This document shows, piece after piece, positions 35,271-48,659 of a DNA stretch of 64,000 nucleotides. The notes under the pieces are model-generated. The model saw nothing but the letters and a program-made list of their open reading frames with translations, did not search any database and had not been told where the DNA came from. A program made the translations under genes and the position numbers. Source of the stretch: Psammoneis japonica. Lineage: Eukaryota. Numbering within the stretch: the first letter of the stretch is position 1; every line of letters begins with the position of its first letter. Where the stretch lies: the NCBI GenBank assembly GCA_008632985.1, contig QPGO01000122.1, positions 124,001 to 188,000 on the forward strand, read 5' to 3'.

Positions 35271-36983
35271 TTATGCACTGAGCTTTGTTGTTAGCTTCCC
35301 ATCTCGTTGTCTGTCAAAGCTTCCATTCTCATAGATTGTTCCGACCTCCCACAATATCTTGAAATCCATCTCGCGGTGATTTTCCTTGTTACGTCTCATT
35401 CGAAAGGTCCCACGCATCACTTGGTCGGATTGTAGCGTTGGTACTCCATCCGCCAGGGGATCAAACCAAAGTGTCGTTTGCTTCCAATGGGTTGCTCTCG
35501 ATTGGCAGCCTGTACTAAACGTAACGAGATGAAGCTGGGAATCGAATGCAATGTCAAAGGAAACAACCAACTTGTCTATTGCAATGACAGCCTTGTTGCC
35601 ATCATTTTTTGGTTTCAATTCAAATTCAGCACAAAAGTCCAAGTCCTCGTCTCGACAAGTGTTTAAATCAAAGGTAATCAGTTTACAACGATTCGTCACA
35701 ATGGCTTCCGGAGGAACAATTTCGACACTTGCTTCTTCCGTCAATTCTCTCGCAACGCGTGTTTTCATGGGCGTCATGTCTATATCGTACACATTGTTCC
35801 AATAGTTCATTGCCAGATCCGAGGCTCCCTCCAAGAATATTGTAGAACCATTGGGAAACATTGTACCTGTCCTCGTCATGAGTGCATCACGTGCCACCAT
35901 GACACTGGGAAGCATGGTTTCAAACAAGAGCGCATATCCCATCCACTCGCTCACAATAACGTCCACTTGTTCATTCTCGTCCAATGGTAATTTTTGATTC
36001 GCAATCAAGTCTTCCACCTTGCCTCGTACACAGTAAATGACTTGTTCGTACCCATTGAGTGCCACAATGTCTCGTGCCTCTTTCAAAATATCCGACCCAT
36101 CAATGGCAACCACTTTGCGAGCACCCGCCCTGGCGGCAAACACAGACAAGACCCCCGTTCCACAACCAATATCCAAAACAACCTTGTCTTGAAAGAGTTG
36201 AGGATTTTTCAAAATGGCATCTTGATAGGCCTTGGTTCGTACGTCATCTTGAAGCATGGTTTGGTGAATGGAATGGTGCGAATACGAGGAAAAGTAGTAC
36301 GTGTCCACGTCGAGCTTTGTTTTTCGTGATGATGGTTTCTTGGAGGAGTCTTCGCTCGATGATTCTTCGAGTAGAGTCAAGGACTTGATGCAAGCCTTGG
36401 CACGTTCAAGTTGTTCTCGCATGGCTTCTACTTGTAATTTCAGAGCTTGTACAGTTTCCCCATCCGAGTGGATTTCCGTTGTTGGTGCAACAACTTGTGC
36501 ATTTTCCAACAATTGCTTCTTTTCGTCGTGTTGTTGTTTCAGAATTTGAAGATCATCCATCGACATGAGAATAGCATCATCCGCCATTACCGGACGAAAG
36601 AACCGTTCATTGTCGTACTGTTCGTCCGTCGTGTTTTGTTCTGCCTCGAGAAAAGCCGACAGTTCCGAGCCAATGGTGTCTTGTGCCGACGTTTTTTTGT
36701 CGTCAATCACAAACGAGCGACACTTGTTGACAAGAACAATAGACTCTTCCAAAAAATCCTGGTGCGTCGCTTTCGGTAAGTAATCGAGCAATTGAAATCC
36801 GTGCGTCTCAACATCGTGCTGTAAAGCGTCCGCTAGGGATGGAAACGAAAGCAATCCACAGGTTTCTGGTTTGCAACAGATTGGATAATACAATTCGTCG
36901 TTGTCATTCTCCTCGATTTCTTCTTCATCCTCATCATCATCATCGGCATTATCCGAAGATACCCAAGAATCCTCTTCCGACAT
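35271..36983 (-). CDS. PRMT3: Type I protein arginine N-methyltransferase, PRMT3-like
   Basis: YYFSSY, MLQD.VRT, VLDIGCGTG, SEWMGY..FE double-E loop, THW loop; N-terminal degenerate C2H2-like region. Confidence 0.9.
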   Translation of the reverse strand: MSEEDSWVSSDNADDDDEDEEEIEENDNDELYYPICCKPETCGLLSFPSLADALQHDVETHGFQLLDYLPKATHQDFLEESIVLVNKCRSFVIDDKKTSAQDTIGSELSAFLEAEQNTTDEQYDNERFFRPVMADDAILMSMDDLQILKQQHDEKKQLLENAQVVAPTTEIHSDGETVQALKLQVEAMREQLERAKACIKSLTLLEESSSEDSSKKPSSRKTKLDVDTYYFSSYSHHSIHQTMLQDDVRTKAYQDAILKNPQLFQDKVVLDIGCGTGVLSVFAARAGARKVVAIDGSDILKEARDIVALNGYEQVIYCVRGKVEDLIANQKLPLDENEQVDVIVSEWMGYALLFETMLPSVMVARDALMTRTGTMFPNGSTIFLEGASDLAMNYWNNVYDIDMTPMKTRVARELTEEASVEIVPPEAIVTNRCKLITFDLNTCRDEDLDFCAEFELKPKNDGNKAVIAIDKLVVSFDIAFDSQLHLVTFSTGCQSRATHWKQTTLWFDPLADGVPTLQSDQVMRGTFRMRRNKENHREMDFKILWEVGTIYENGSFDRQRDGKLTTKLSA

Positions 36984-37083
36984 GGTCTTGATGCTTTCGT
37001 TGTGTCGTTCTTGTTGTCGCTCTTCTTCTTTGCCTCTTTTTGGTTGGGAGAAAAGTGAGCAATGATAAACCTCAAGGATTTTT

Positions 37084-37905
37084 TGAGTGGCTGGAGTTGA
37101 TCCAATGAATCACTTTTGAGTCGTGTTTTGGGCGCGACCGACCTCGTTGAAGGGATTGATTCACGCTTTCCGATCTTTCGACAAAACACATTTGTCTCAA
37201 TCGAGGTGGTTCTCCCTGACCACTTTTTTGCACAATGCTGTAGCCATGCATTCGACGTTTTCATTATCGTCTCATTGCCATTGTTGCCGACCTGCTTTTA
37301 TCACAGCATCATCATCAGGCATTGTCAAAATTCGACTTGAGTGAGGAGGAACAATCCCCAGCACCTTCCCACTTGAAGACTTGAAGAACCCTTTTTGTCG
37401 TGCATGCTGCGGAAGCTGCCATGACATGGACAAGAAGTGAGCCATGACCACTGTTCTCATTTGTTTGTGCTGATCATGAGTGCAGCCTGAAGTGTCAAAA
37501 ATGACAAAAAAGAAGAAACCACAGCACATGCCTGAGTCATGCTTTTCGTCACGGCTGCTCTGAGCTCGTCGATGCGCCTCCTTCTGTTTTTCAATTGCAG
37601 ACGTCACAAAAGACAACAAGGGCATGTTGGCAAAGCTCGAGGCATTGACACATGCCATTGGAGGCTGTGGAGGCCAGCACGAGCGAAACCTCTCCACATC
37701 ACATGTGTGCCATCCCAACAAACGACGATGTGATGGAACACGCACACTCTTGCATGTTGTTCTTCGACTGCCAGCTGGTGTCTGTGCTGGAGGAGGCAAT
37801 GGTCCTTGAGGTGCAATCAAGTTTTGACTTGGGATGGCTGCTTGATGCACTGGCATTGGAAGGGCACAATCTTGATGAGAGATTTTTGGCTTTGGCTTCC
37901 AACCA
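37084..37905 (+). repeat. Hypermutated copy of the segment also present at 45586-47150
   Basis: 37084-37450 matches 45586-45950; 37440-37905 matches 46549-46995 and, more loosely, 45950-46395. Confidence 0.85.
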
Positions 37906-39754
37906 CATCATCCCAGATTGCCTTGATGTGCCGGCACTGGCTGTTGCTGTCCAGGCAAGCAACCTCTGTCAAGTTGAACCTCCCAATTCTTTTCTCAAAG
38001 CATTGCCACCAATGGGACTCATGACCAACTTGCAGCCAAAATGCATCATCACACAACAAGCAACTCAGCTGTTGCAGTTCAGCAGAGAGGCGCACAAAAA
38101 GCCAGCCTGCCAATCATCTCTGTCGTTCTCCACCCTTGGATCACAACCTGGATCACAGTCACAATTGCCGTGCAGCTCTGTCACACCACAATCTTCCAGA
38201 AAATGCACGTCACCTGCGACAGTGACAAATTTGCAAAAGGATGTGAGGCATGGCTCCCTGGCCCCACCTGAGTGACAGCTGTCTTTTGCTCGGCAAGCAA
38301 TTCCCGGACTTGCTCCTCACTGAAACTGATTGACTTTTCTGCAAGCCAGCTGGAGCTCCAGTCTTGGAAGATGATTGAATCATTCTCATTGTTTTGCAAC
38401 TGATGTCACCAAGCGTGTCATCCTTGGAGTTGCGCGGGGACGAATCCTCCTCTTCATCCTCTGGTGAGAACAAATCCTCCTTGCAGTCCTCCGGCAAGAA
38501 CAAATCTTTGTCAGATGACTCATGTGAGAACAAACTGCCATGGTCATTTTTGCTTGAAACTGAAACGTCGATGCGATTTTGACCAGAGTGTGGCTCTTCA
38601 TTGCCCAACAAAGCCTCGCGACACAGAGTGTTTCAACTGTCTGATGGACCGTGACTGGCTGCTTGAAACCCAGAGACAACAACAAAAAAGCGACGATGGA
38701 ATTGAAAATTTTGCAGAAATGGACAAAGGAGGCAAGTTGACAATCCAATGCGAACAACAACTCAACTCACCATGATGATGAAAGAGAGCTTCCGTGGATC
38801 CACACACAGCACCAACAGGGGCTTCTGCAGAGTGGCGGAACATTTTGTCTGAAATGGAAAGACTCAACTCTGTGGTGGAGACAATTGTGCAAGATGTTTG
38901 TTCTGCACTCAGCACTTTTGTCTGAGCTGTTGATGCGCAGCTGCTCTTTGTCGAAGTGGGGATGCTTTGAGGTCAGTGTCCTCCTTCCGTCACTTGATGT
39001 GCATCGGCGGAATTGCATTGTTGCAATTGGCAAAGACGTTTTCCATGCAGAGTGACAAACAAGAGATGTGGCTGTTGTGGGGAGACCAGTGCAAGACTCT
39101 GGTTGCAGCAGCAGTGTCGATTCGAGTGCAACAACAATGTCATGAAATCGGGCGGTTCACGAAATGACAAGAAGCAATCTCTTCCTTGGTGGCACACCCA
39201 AGGATTTGTGAGTCTGACAGACTTAAAAATCCTTGGGCGCACCTGCATGCTTGCAGCATCCACTGTCGAGCCAGTGCGCAGAATCAACAGTGAAAATCAT
39301 CGCAGAAAAAAATTGAATTGATGCACACATTAAAAAAAAACGCGCGCCAAAGCGCTGGAGCAATCGAATGATTCGTGATGATGATTCATTCGATTGCTGT
39401 TCATGTCATTTGAATTCCGACTGCCGGCAGCTTCCATTGATGCTAGAGAAAGAGGTGGAGGGAAGCGCATCAATGAGTCATCCATTTGCTCTAGAAATTG
39501 CACCCAGGCAATGCAATCACTGCACTCTAAGACTTGCCGTACGCACCTTGTCTAACTGGGGTGCGTCCGGTTTTGGGGCGGGGACCACCAGCAGCTGTAG
39601 AGCTCACCCAGATTCTAACTCAATCTGCATTTTTTGTCTCGTCTGCGCGAAAAGCGTTATCCAAGACAAACTGTGTGAGAGAAAGCTGATGACAGGAATG
39701 CTGGAAATGAAAATTCGACATGTCAATGACTCACCAACTGCTGCATTAATCTCA

Positions 39755-41708
39755 CTAAGCCCGTTTGGCTCTCTTGTCACTTTTTCCAACAGCATGCAAA
39801 CCGCTCTTGCGCTTAGATCCAGTCTTCCCATTTGAACTACCTGCCGTGCCCCATGCAAACACCGTGCCCTTTTTAGAACCATAATAGACAAATCCATCTT
39901 TAACTACAAAACCACTTGTGGCATGGTGTCGGATGTTACCAGAGGCCAATTGTAAGGTCATGTGATCGGTGATTCTGACAGCCTTGCCCAACTCAGGGAA
40001 TGGCAAGTGCAATTGGACATGCTCTGCATTGGTTCCACCAATGTCACCAACGAACTCATACATGCAGGTAGTGGGGACACTTATCTGTCCAAATACATCC
40101 AACCATGCCAACAGATGCCGTTTCTCTTGCTTGCTCAACTTTTCATCTTTTGCCATTTGGACAATCTTCTCCCTTGTTACCTCCTTCGATTCATCATTTG
40201 AGTCTGTATGATCCGAGCTGAAGAAACTGATACTGTCATCAGTTCCCATGGTTAATATACCCCTGAGACAGATTTCCGTTGGTTCACAGTCCATAACCTT
40301 AGCTAAAGCGTTGACCAAGTATTTATCAAATACCACTGCTTTGCCGGTTGCCAAATTTGTCAATTCAGCTTGGAGAGTTGCTACAGCTGGGACTAACACA
40401 TCTTGATAGTGTTGGCGATAGTGTTGGAACTTCGCTTTGTCACCGGGACCAGCGAGGAGGTTACTTTCCGCCTGACAAGTGAAACCATCAATCTCCAAAG
40501 AATACTTGCCCATTTGTCCACTGAAAAGGACTGTCCCACCATTCTCACACACCTTGAGTGATCCATAACCAAGCCCAATTGCATCTCTTATTGTCCAAAT
40601 GTGATTCATGTCCAAGTTGAAAGACTAAAACAGACACCAAGTATTGAGTGAGGTGGAAATACAATTAGGAATAGAACGACATGAATTGAATGAAACTCAC
40701 GTTTTCGGTTTTTCCAACCTTTACTAGTTTCAAATCTTCCTTTCCGTGTTTGAGTGTTAAAGCCACTCCTTCTTCATAATCACGGTGATCAATGATTTCA
40801 TATCGAACATTATAATCCGAGTATTCTCGCAACACTTCATTGTGCTCTGAGACAGTTCTAAAGCCTTGTTTGACGAAACGAGAGTGCTGTTCTTTTTCCA
40901 TATATCCTACCAATACCGTATCACTTTCTTCATCCTCGAGATATGGTATTCCAATCTTCCCTTTTAGTTTAGCGTTTCTCTCCGGTGACGGCTTGTAGTC
41001 TACCTGCACCAATTCCTTCTTGTCTTTCACCGGCTTCTTATTCACTGACTTGTTCGTATCCTTGCGTGAACGGATGAAGTGATCTCTTTGGTTAATAGTA
41101 AACTGTAAATCATCGACAAAATCTGGTCCTTCATAAGAGGATTGGAGCAAACCATCCTTGCTATCGTGGATTATAGAATTGGGATAGCACAGTTTCACAC
41201 CAGAAGGAGCGTGAACAATGTTGAGGAACTCAATGTTGCTGAAGTCTCGATAATCAACATTTTCTTCCTTTTCAAAACACTTGCTAATGGCCTCCCAGCC
41301 TTTCCTCCAGTCCTTTAGAAAGTCTGGAGTGCCCTTCTCGTTCGTCTCTCCTTTCCAAAAATGTACCACAAGCCTATCCTCCGTCTTGGAAAAGGGGGAA
41401 TTGTTCTTGATAATACAAAGTTCGTGAATACCATCCATAGTCAAAATGGCTAGTTGGCCACAACAGTTTCTCTTGGTAGTGTGAAAGACATGATTAGGGA
41501 ATAGAACGGTGTATGGGCAATCGCTCTTGATGGAGATACGACTGTTGTCGATGTAGTATTGTCCTACTACACCATTTCCGTTGATGTAGTACATATGCTG
41601 TTGATGTTTTACATCTGACAGCCTCTTTGCTATCACTTGTGATCTGAAAGATTCAGAGAACCTCATGTTGCAGTCTTCAGTTGCTGAAACTCGTTGTGGC
41701 TTCTTCAA
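39755..41708 (-). CDS. Hypothetical protein of about 600 aa with a C-terminal 2OG-Fe(II) dioxygenase-like (TET/JBP-like) motif set; intron 40625-40700
   Basis: A GTGAGT..TTTTAG 76-bp intron joins the 347-aa and 286-aa ORFs in frame; FFSSDHTDSND (HxD), then PFPELGKAVRI..IRHHATS; 5' end uncertain. Confidence 0.55.
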
Positions 41709-42879
41709 CAGAAAGTATGGTCTTCAGACGACAAACCTAGATTGTTACTGTAAGGTACAAGTCGTTCCCGACAACGACCCGAATTTATTCAGGACGAGTC
41801 TCAAACCACCTTTACCGATTAGAAGGCAACAAGAAGCAAAAACTAAACAGCACTCAGTGGTATCTCTTGAGGTATTGTATGTCTCGAGGTACTGTGTGAC
41901 TTGAGGAGGTACTGCACTGGATGCTGGATAGGAGCGACTCTGAACTCAGAAGCAACTGAATTGAAACTGTGAGTACTTATCAGGATAGAGCTAATGCACA
42001 TGCATCATGTGTATAAATAGAGACAATCTTATCAGCGTCTTACCTTGTATGAGGAATCGACCGGATGATACAGCGTGTCAAAGTTTCATTGTCACTTCGT
42101 GAAAAAATGTGTGTGTTGTTTTGCAGCGCGTGAGAAAATGAGCAACCCCGCTACTGTACTCGTAAGGTTGGACAGACCGCAACTCGTCGTGTGGACCGAC
42201 CGGACCGACTACTGTAGCTAACGTGGTACCTACTTCTAACTACCGGTATCGACTACCGGTAACTTCTGCGCACGTCTGTGTTTGCAACATCTGCGCGGTG
42301 ACCGTACATACAATCAAAATCTTATAAAGCCTCACACACACAGTCTCAAGTCTCGTGTTGTTCTGCACGATGCGCAATAACGTCGTTGCTCTCACACACA
42401 TCATTGAACATGACGGCTGTGACAGCAAAAAGCCAATGGCACGTCTCTCTCTACTCGGAAATGGGTTGCCGCCGCACTAGATTCGTCAACAGAACAAACA
42501 GTGCCAGCACAATTCGTTCGCAGCACACACAGCTTGCGCCAAACAACCATGACACAGTGCAGCAACTCTTGTGATTTTCCTGCTTGTTGATGTTGCAACT
42601 CATGACACTTGCACTGCTGGTAAATTTGGGTGGGCATAAAACTTGTATGATGCTGCTCAGCAGTGCAATTTGGTCATAGTGTAAAACTTACACTGAACAA
42701 CAACGCCGCTGCAGTGCCCAATTCTTGCCACTTTCCCGCTCCTTGCAACTCACAAGACTTGCACTGGTAAAATTCGGCGAGGATCCTAATTCTTTGGTGA
42801 AGCCTTGGTTGGCTGCTCATTGTTTTTGGAGCAATTTTCTGTTCTCAAAACAGCAGATGTAACCAAGGCTCGTTGGCAT

Positions 42880-45600
42880 TGAGATGTGGCCAAGGCTCGT
42901 TGGCATTGCATTTGGTTTGGCTCATCGTGTCCACAAAATTTCTGTCGATTGTAAAAATGGTGTTGATGGTCTGGTGGAAAGTGCTGCCAACAATGTTCTT
43001 CATCATGCTGAGGATGGAAAACTGACAGTTTCACAGGTGATGGGGTTGGCGGGGTTTTCGGATGCAGACTGACTCTCGCGAAGTCTGCAAAATTGCAGGC
43101 CGAGTCCGAAAAAGAAAGCTGAGCTCGAGGAGAAGACCATCAAAACTTACAGTGTGCCCAAAATGGCACCAATTCCTGTGAGCAAACCCAGTGATTCAGG
43201 TGTGTTGGTTGCTCTGGCTGGCCTCATGGGGGACAACAAGAACAGAGCCTCAAAGAAAATGTGGATGACCAGCAAGCAAGCGGCAGAATCAAGAAAACGA
43301 AAGGCAGAGCTGAAGGAACACAGGACAGCAGTGCACAAGGAAGCAACAATGATGTGCAGTGAGAAGTTGAAAATGGATGAGAGTCAGCAATGCTCAGCAG
43401 AGACAATGGCAAAAGAAACAAATGGGTGAGCCGGGATGAAAATTGGCATCGCGGGTCACACAACACGAAACGAAGTCTGTGACGGGACAGTTGGACTCAC
43501 CCCAGAGAAACCTGGTGTCAAAGGGAAGATCCCCATTTGTGCTTTTAAAGCCCTGTGTGGAGCATTTGAGTCATGCATGAAACTTGCAGTGCAGGAAGGG
43601 AGAAAGGGTTTGACCTCAAAGAATTTGTCCTCCATGATCAATGCTTGCACATGAATTGTCACCCTGACAAGCAACGGACCAGCCGGAAACTGTTTGAGCA
43701 AGTTCAGGATGAAGTTGCCACAATGCTCAACCTCAGGAAAGTAAACAAAATTGAGGAGCAAAGGGCAAAACAGACCACATTCACTGGTGTGAACATCTGG
43801 CTCAACTCGCTTTGAGAGTTTCTTGTGGCCGAAGGTTTTGCCATGCTCAAGAGTGATGCTGATGCTGTCAAAGAATCAAATCAGCTGTGTCATCAGATGC
43901 AGAAGATGACAAAGTGTCAGAGATTGCTTTTCCACCAGGACAACTTGATGGGATTTACAGCATTGACAAAAGCGCCATTGTTTTGGACAATGCCAGCTCC
44001 GAGTCGGGTGGGCATCCAGCATTTAAGTTTTATGACCCATGCCTGCCTGCAAGAGAGGGACCAAGTCAAGTGGCGCACAAGAACTCCCACCGAGCATCAG
44101 GAATGTATGGAGTTGCTGTGTCCGGCAGGGCTTTGCCACCGCACTTTGTCCCACCAATGGATGCCGCATCAGAGAGCCAGAGAATTGATGGCACGGCATT
44201 TGTCAAACACATGAAGTGAGTTGTGTGTTCCATCTTGCACACTCAAACCTGGCAAGTTGCCAGACAACATGGCCAAAATTGCGAATGTCACCAGCTTTCT
44301 GTGCAGCTGGGGCATGAACGAGAAGGGATCAACAACTGAAGAGGAGCTGAACAACTGTTTCCTGAGTGGTTTTGCCAAGCTCTGTCCTGACAAAGCTGAC
44401 ATCCCAGCAGGAAAGAGAGCATTGCCTCTGATTGATGGTGGGCCAGGACAAACCAACCTTCCAATGCTTGCCCACCTGCAGCTGCTGGGAATGCTGCTGT
44501 TCCCCGCTGGCCCGCCAAACACTGCTGCCCTTCTTCAGATCATGAACCAACTGTTTGGTCTCTTCAAGCAGACATTTGGCACAAATTTTGACAAGCTTTG
44601 GGAATGCAGCTTGAACCTGCCACACAACCACCCGGGCCAAGGAAGGCAAAATCAACAAGAATGACATTGGAGAGTCATGATGTTTGGAGGGACACTTGCC
44701 TGTGGCTCCATACACTGTGACCTTGCCAGTGCCTTTGACGAAGCATTTGCACCTGAAAAGATTGCAGCAGAATGGAAGAAAGCTGGGGTCAACCCCTTCA
44801 TGAGAGCCGCTCTCAAGAGCAAGAAGATCAGGCATGAGATTGCAACGAATGGCGAGCAAGGCAATCCAATGTCAGCTTGCCTGTGCAACATTTGCAAGAA
44901 TTGAATGATGTTTCTTGCAACATTCTTGATTTGTTTGGATGCAATGGCTCCAAGTTCCATGTCAAGCTCTTGGTTTGTGACACTCAAGCCCAAAAGAATG
45001 AGATCACGACACCCCACACTGGGGAACGGCAAGATGTGATTGCAAGCGCCAAAAGTCAAGGGGGGCTCTTTGGCGGGTCAACCAAAACAATGGTGATGAC
45101 GTTTTCATTTCAGTCAAGCACATGAAACTTGACAAAGAACTGAAGGCCATGCAAGGCTGGAAAGCAAACAAGGGAGAGTTGGCAAAGAGAGAGCAACAAA
45201 AGCTCAGGAAATGATGGCAGCCAGACCCCCAGTGGTGGTGACCACACAGGTGAGGAGCTCAGGGCTCAGGCATGTGACATCTTGGAAGTCGGGCAAGCCT
45301 TGTCCATCAAAGGTTAAAACCAAGTTAGGCTGCCTCGACCTTTGGGGAACAAGGTTCGAAACAATGAACCTCCGTCATCCACGTGGATGCGCCGGATCAT
45401 GAAGAAAGGCTCTTGGCGATTAAAGCAAAGACAGAAAACTCACCTGTTGAGGACACTGAGTTGGGGCGGCAAGAAGAGCAATCGAGAGATGTGATGTTCG
45501 CCCTGCTTCCTGCATTGACAGGAGATGACAGGGAACGCGCACTGAGGGATCTGGGTCTTCCCGAGCACCAGGTTGGCAAGGATTTTGTGTGGCTGGAGTT
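42880..45600 (+). mobile_element. Decayed pogo/Tc1-like (DDE_1-type) DNA transposase pseudogene
   Basis: LIDGGPG..LPML..L...G.LLFP.GPPNTAALLQIMNQLFGLFKQ and I..EWKKAGVNPF match the DDE_1 PxNTTxxLQxxDxxFGxxK and AWxxxGxxP pattern; many stops; TpA-depleted. Confidence 0.65.
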
Positions 45601-47150
45601 GATCCAATGAATCAGTTTTGAGTCGTGTTTTGGGCGCGACCTACCTCATTGTAAAATAATTGACACTGTATGGTACTGTATAATAGGATTGATTGATGGA
45701 CGCTTTCCGATCTTTGGACAAAACATAAATGTCTCAATCGAGGTGGTTCTCCCTGACCACTTTTTTGCACAATCCATTCGACGTTTTCATTAGACTGTCG
45801 TCTCATTGCCACTGTTGTCGACCTGCTTTACGCATTGTTATAATTTGGTTTTGTCAAAGTTCGACTTGATTGAGGAGTTCCCAGCACCTTCCCTCTTGAA
45901 GAATGCCGCACTTTTCGGAAGCTGCCATAATGGACAACTGGACCATCACCTTTTGTGCTGATCATCGGCGCAGCTCACAAGCCTGCTAAATTGTCGACAA
46001 AGCAAACGAAGAAATGGCGACAAAACACCTGAGTTGCCGTTTGTTGCGGCTGCTCCCAGCTCGACGCGTTGCCTTGTGGTCGGTTGCACATTCGAATGCA
46101 GACGCCGCCAAAGACAAGAACGTTTTGATGAAGCTCGAGCTATTGATAAATGGCATTGGCGTCGGTGGAGGCCGGCACGATCAAAGTTCTTTATCCTATA
46201 TGTGTGTTATCCCAACAAATGGCAATGTGATTGAATATACATTCTCACATATTCTTCTATCCAGTACTGTCGTCTGGTATTGGAGGCGGCAACGGTCCTT
46301 GAGGTGCAATCACGTTTTGTTTCGGGATGGCTGCTCGACGCACTGGCATTGGAAGGGCAATCTTGATGAGAGATTTCTAGTTTTCATTTCCAACTATATA
46401 GCCTTTCCAATTGACACGGGAATGATGGAGCAACCTGGAGTTTGACAGAACGTAGATCTTTTCTATATGGCAAATGCCGTCACGTCACGAGTAGTACGGT
46501 TCCCCACAATCTCTCGATATGCCGCTTCACGTTGTTTGTATTGGCTTTCCATGACCACCGTTCGTTTGTGCTGATCATGAGCGCAGCCTGAAGTATCAAA
46601 AACGACTAAAAAAGAAGAAACCACAGCACACACCTGAGTTATCTTTCGTCACGGCTGCTCTAAGCTCGTCGACGCGTCTCCTTGTACGTTTCGATTGCAG
46701 ACGTCACAAAAGACAATAAGGACTTGTTGATGAAGCTCGAGGCATTGACACATGCCATTGGAGTTGGTGGAGGGCGGCACGAGCGAAACCTCTCCATATT
46801 ATATGTGTACTATCCCAACAAACGACGATGTTATTGAATGTGCATTCTTACATGTTCTTCGACTGCTGGCATCTGTACTGGAGGCGGCAACGGTCCTTGA
46901 GGTGCAACCAAGTTTTGACTCGGGATGGCTGCTCGACGCACTGGCATTGGAAGGGCAATCTTGATGAGAGATTTTTAGTTTTCGTTTCCAACTATATAGT
47001 CTTTCCAATTGACACGGGAATGATGGAGCAACCTGGAGTTTGACAGAACGTAGATCTTTTCTATACTGGCAAATGCCGTCACGTCACGAGTAGTACCGTT
47101 CCCCACAATCTCTCGATATGCCTGCTCTTCAGGTTGGTTGCATTGGCTTT
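45586..47150 (+). repeat. Segmental repeat containing an internal tandem pair of about 600 bp (45950-46550 and 46550-47150), TpA retained
   Basis: 46290-46525 is near-identical to 46880-47125; homologous to 37084-37905. Confidence 0.85.
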
Positions 47151-48659
47151 CATTAAACCTTTCTCTCATAAACATGTCGGCTACTTTCAATTTTTGCATT
47201 CTACGGTACCGTACCGTGTCTACGAACGGAAGTAGCAAGAGTATCCTTGAGAAGATGAGTGTGACCTACTTCATCTCTACATGAGGCCAGACGAGCAAAC
47301 GGACTAACAGTATTTTGTATGCGTTCGTTCTATGAGTTATAGCATTACCGTACAGGCGGGGACGCCACACCAATGGAACCTTCTCCTATTTCCACGCATA
47401 CAACTACTTCTCGAGAGAGAATACAAACCAAGACACTGAACACGTGTGTGCGTGTGTTTTTGAATCTCGACAATTCATCATCAACAACACGCGCTCTTAC
47501 ATGCCGCCATTGAAGATTGGATCCCAATCCATGTGTTTCTTGGTGCGCATGTGAGAACGCCACTTGTTGGCGCCTTGAGCGGTACCGCAAATACCCGTCA
47601 CACCTCCACACTCGCATCTCTTGGTAGCCCGAGCGGCATGCCAGCGTCCGGATGAGGAACGCCCGGAGGCATCTTGGTGGAACGACCACGAGTCGTGGCG
47701 GGCGGAGCGAAGTAAAAGGCATAGTTGGAGTTCATGGTTCTGTGGAAGAAGACGTGGAAAACAACGTTGGTAAGAAGGACGTAGAACAATCTAATCGTTC
47801 AAAGGAGTGAGAGCAAAGGCTTTTGTGGTTGGAACGACTGGGGAGAAGACTGTGGACGTGTAGGCGTCTTGCCGCGGGAAAAACTATCCGGGTGTGATGA
47901 TTCTCTACATTTCCATGCTTGTTTCATGAAGCATCTGTCGGAACTCACTTGCAACCACTTTCACAGCACGCAAGCGCCTGGTTCCTCGAATCGCAGGGTG
48001 TTCACCGTTTGATACCCATACAAACGATGGAAATGCGAATGCAAACACCGCGCGGAAAGAACAAATTCGCTTGTTGCGTCTTGCCGCCGCTTTGAAGAAG
48101 CGCGCACACGAGGCGGATCGCTGCTGCGTCGCTCGTTGCGTACAGACTAGAAGGGTGCTTGTTATGAATACATTGTGGCCTTTACATACCTTGAGATCAG
48201 TGATCGAAGAGACAGATGTTGTGTGTTTTTGCGACGACAGCAAAAATTGTGATGCGAATTGTTGGAGAAAAAGGCGTCGAAAATTGGCGCGTTTTTGAAG
48301 TGCGCGATAGACGTCGTACGGACGGACGGTGACACCCGGAAGTCTAATCCAATCTGGTTCGCGTTTATGCGAACTCCAATTTTCGAGGTGTCACAGCGGC
48401 GACCCCAACTCGACAACAGTTATTCGTTGCTGACCTATTTCTTTTTGCATGTTCTTTGCTGTTACAGCTCCTTTTGTATTGATTACAAGCAAACTCGCCA
48501 CCGCTTTCATAATGTTCGAACGAGCAATCGAAAACGATAACCGCAAAGACGATGTCGTGGAGAAACGAGAACACGATGCCGTCGATAGTCACAAGGATGA
48601 TATTATCCTTGCAAACACATCGGCAAGAATGACATTATCCCAGAATTATCTCCCTTTCC

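Noticed and set aside
42130..45700. Terminal inverted repeats for the pogo-like relic
   Set aside because: actgta words near 45665-45680 are suggestive, but I could not find a convincing matching left end
47345..48300. Short ORFs including a possible zinc-finger-like ICG..W..H....H peptide
   Set aside because: Broken frames and too little signal to support a call
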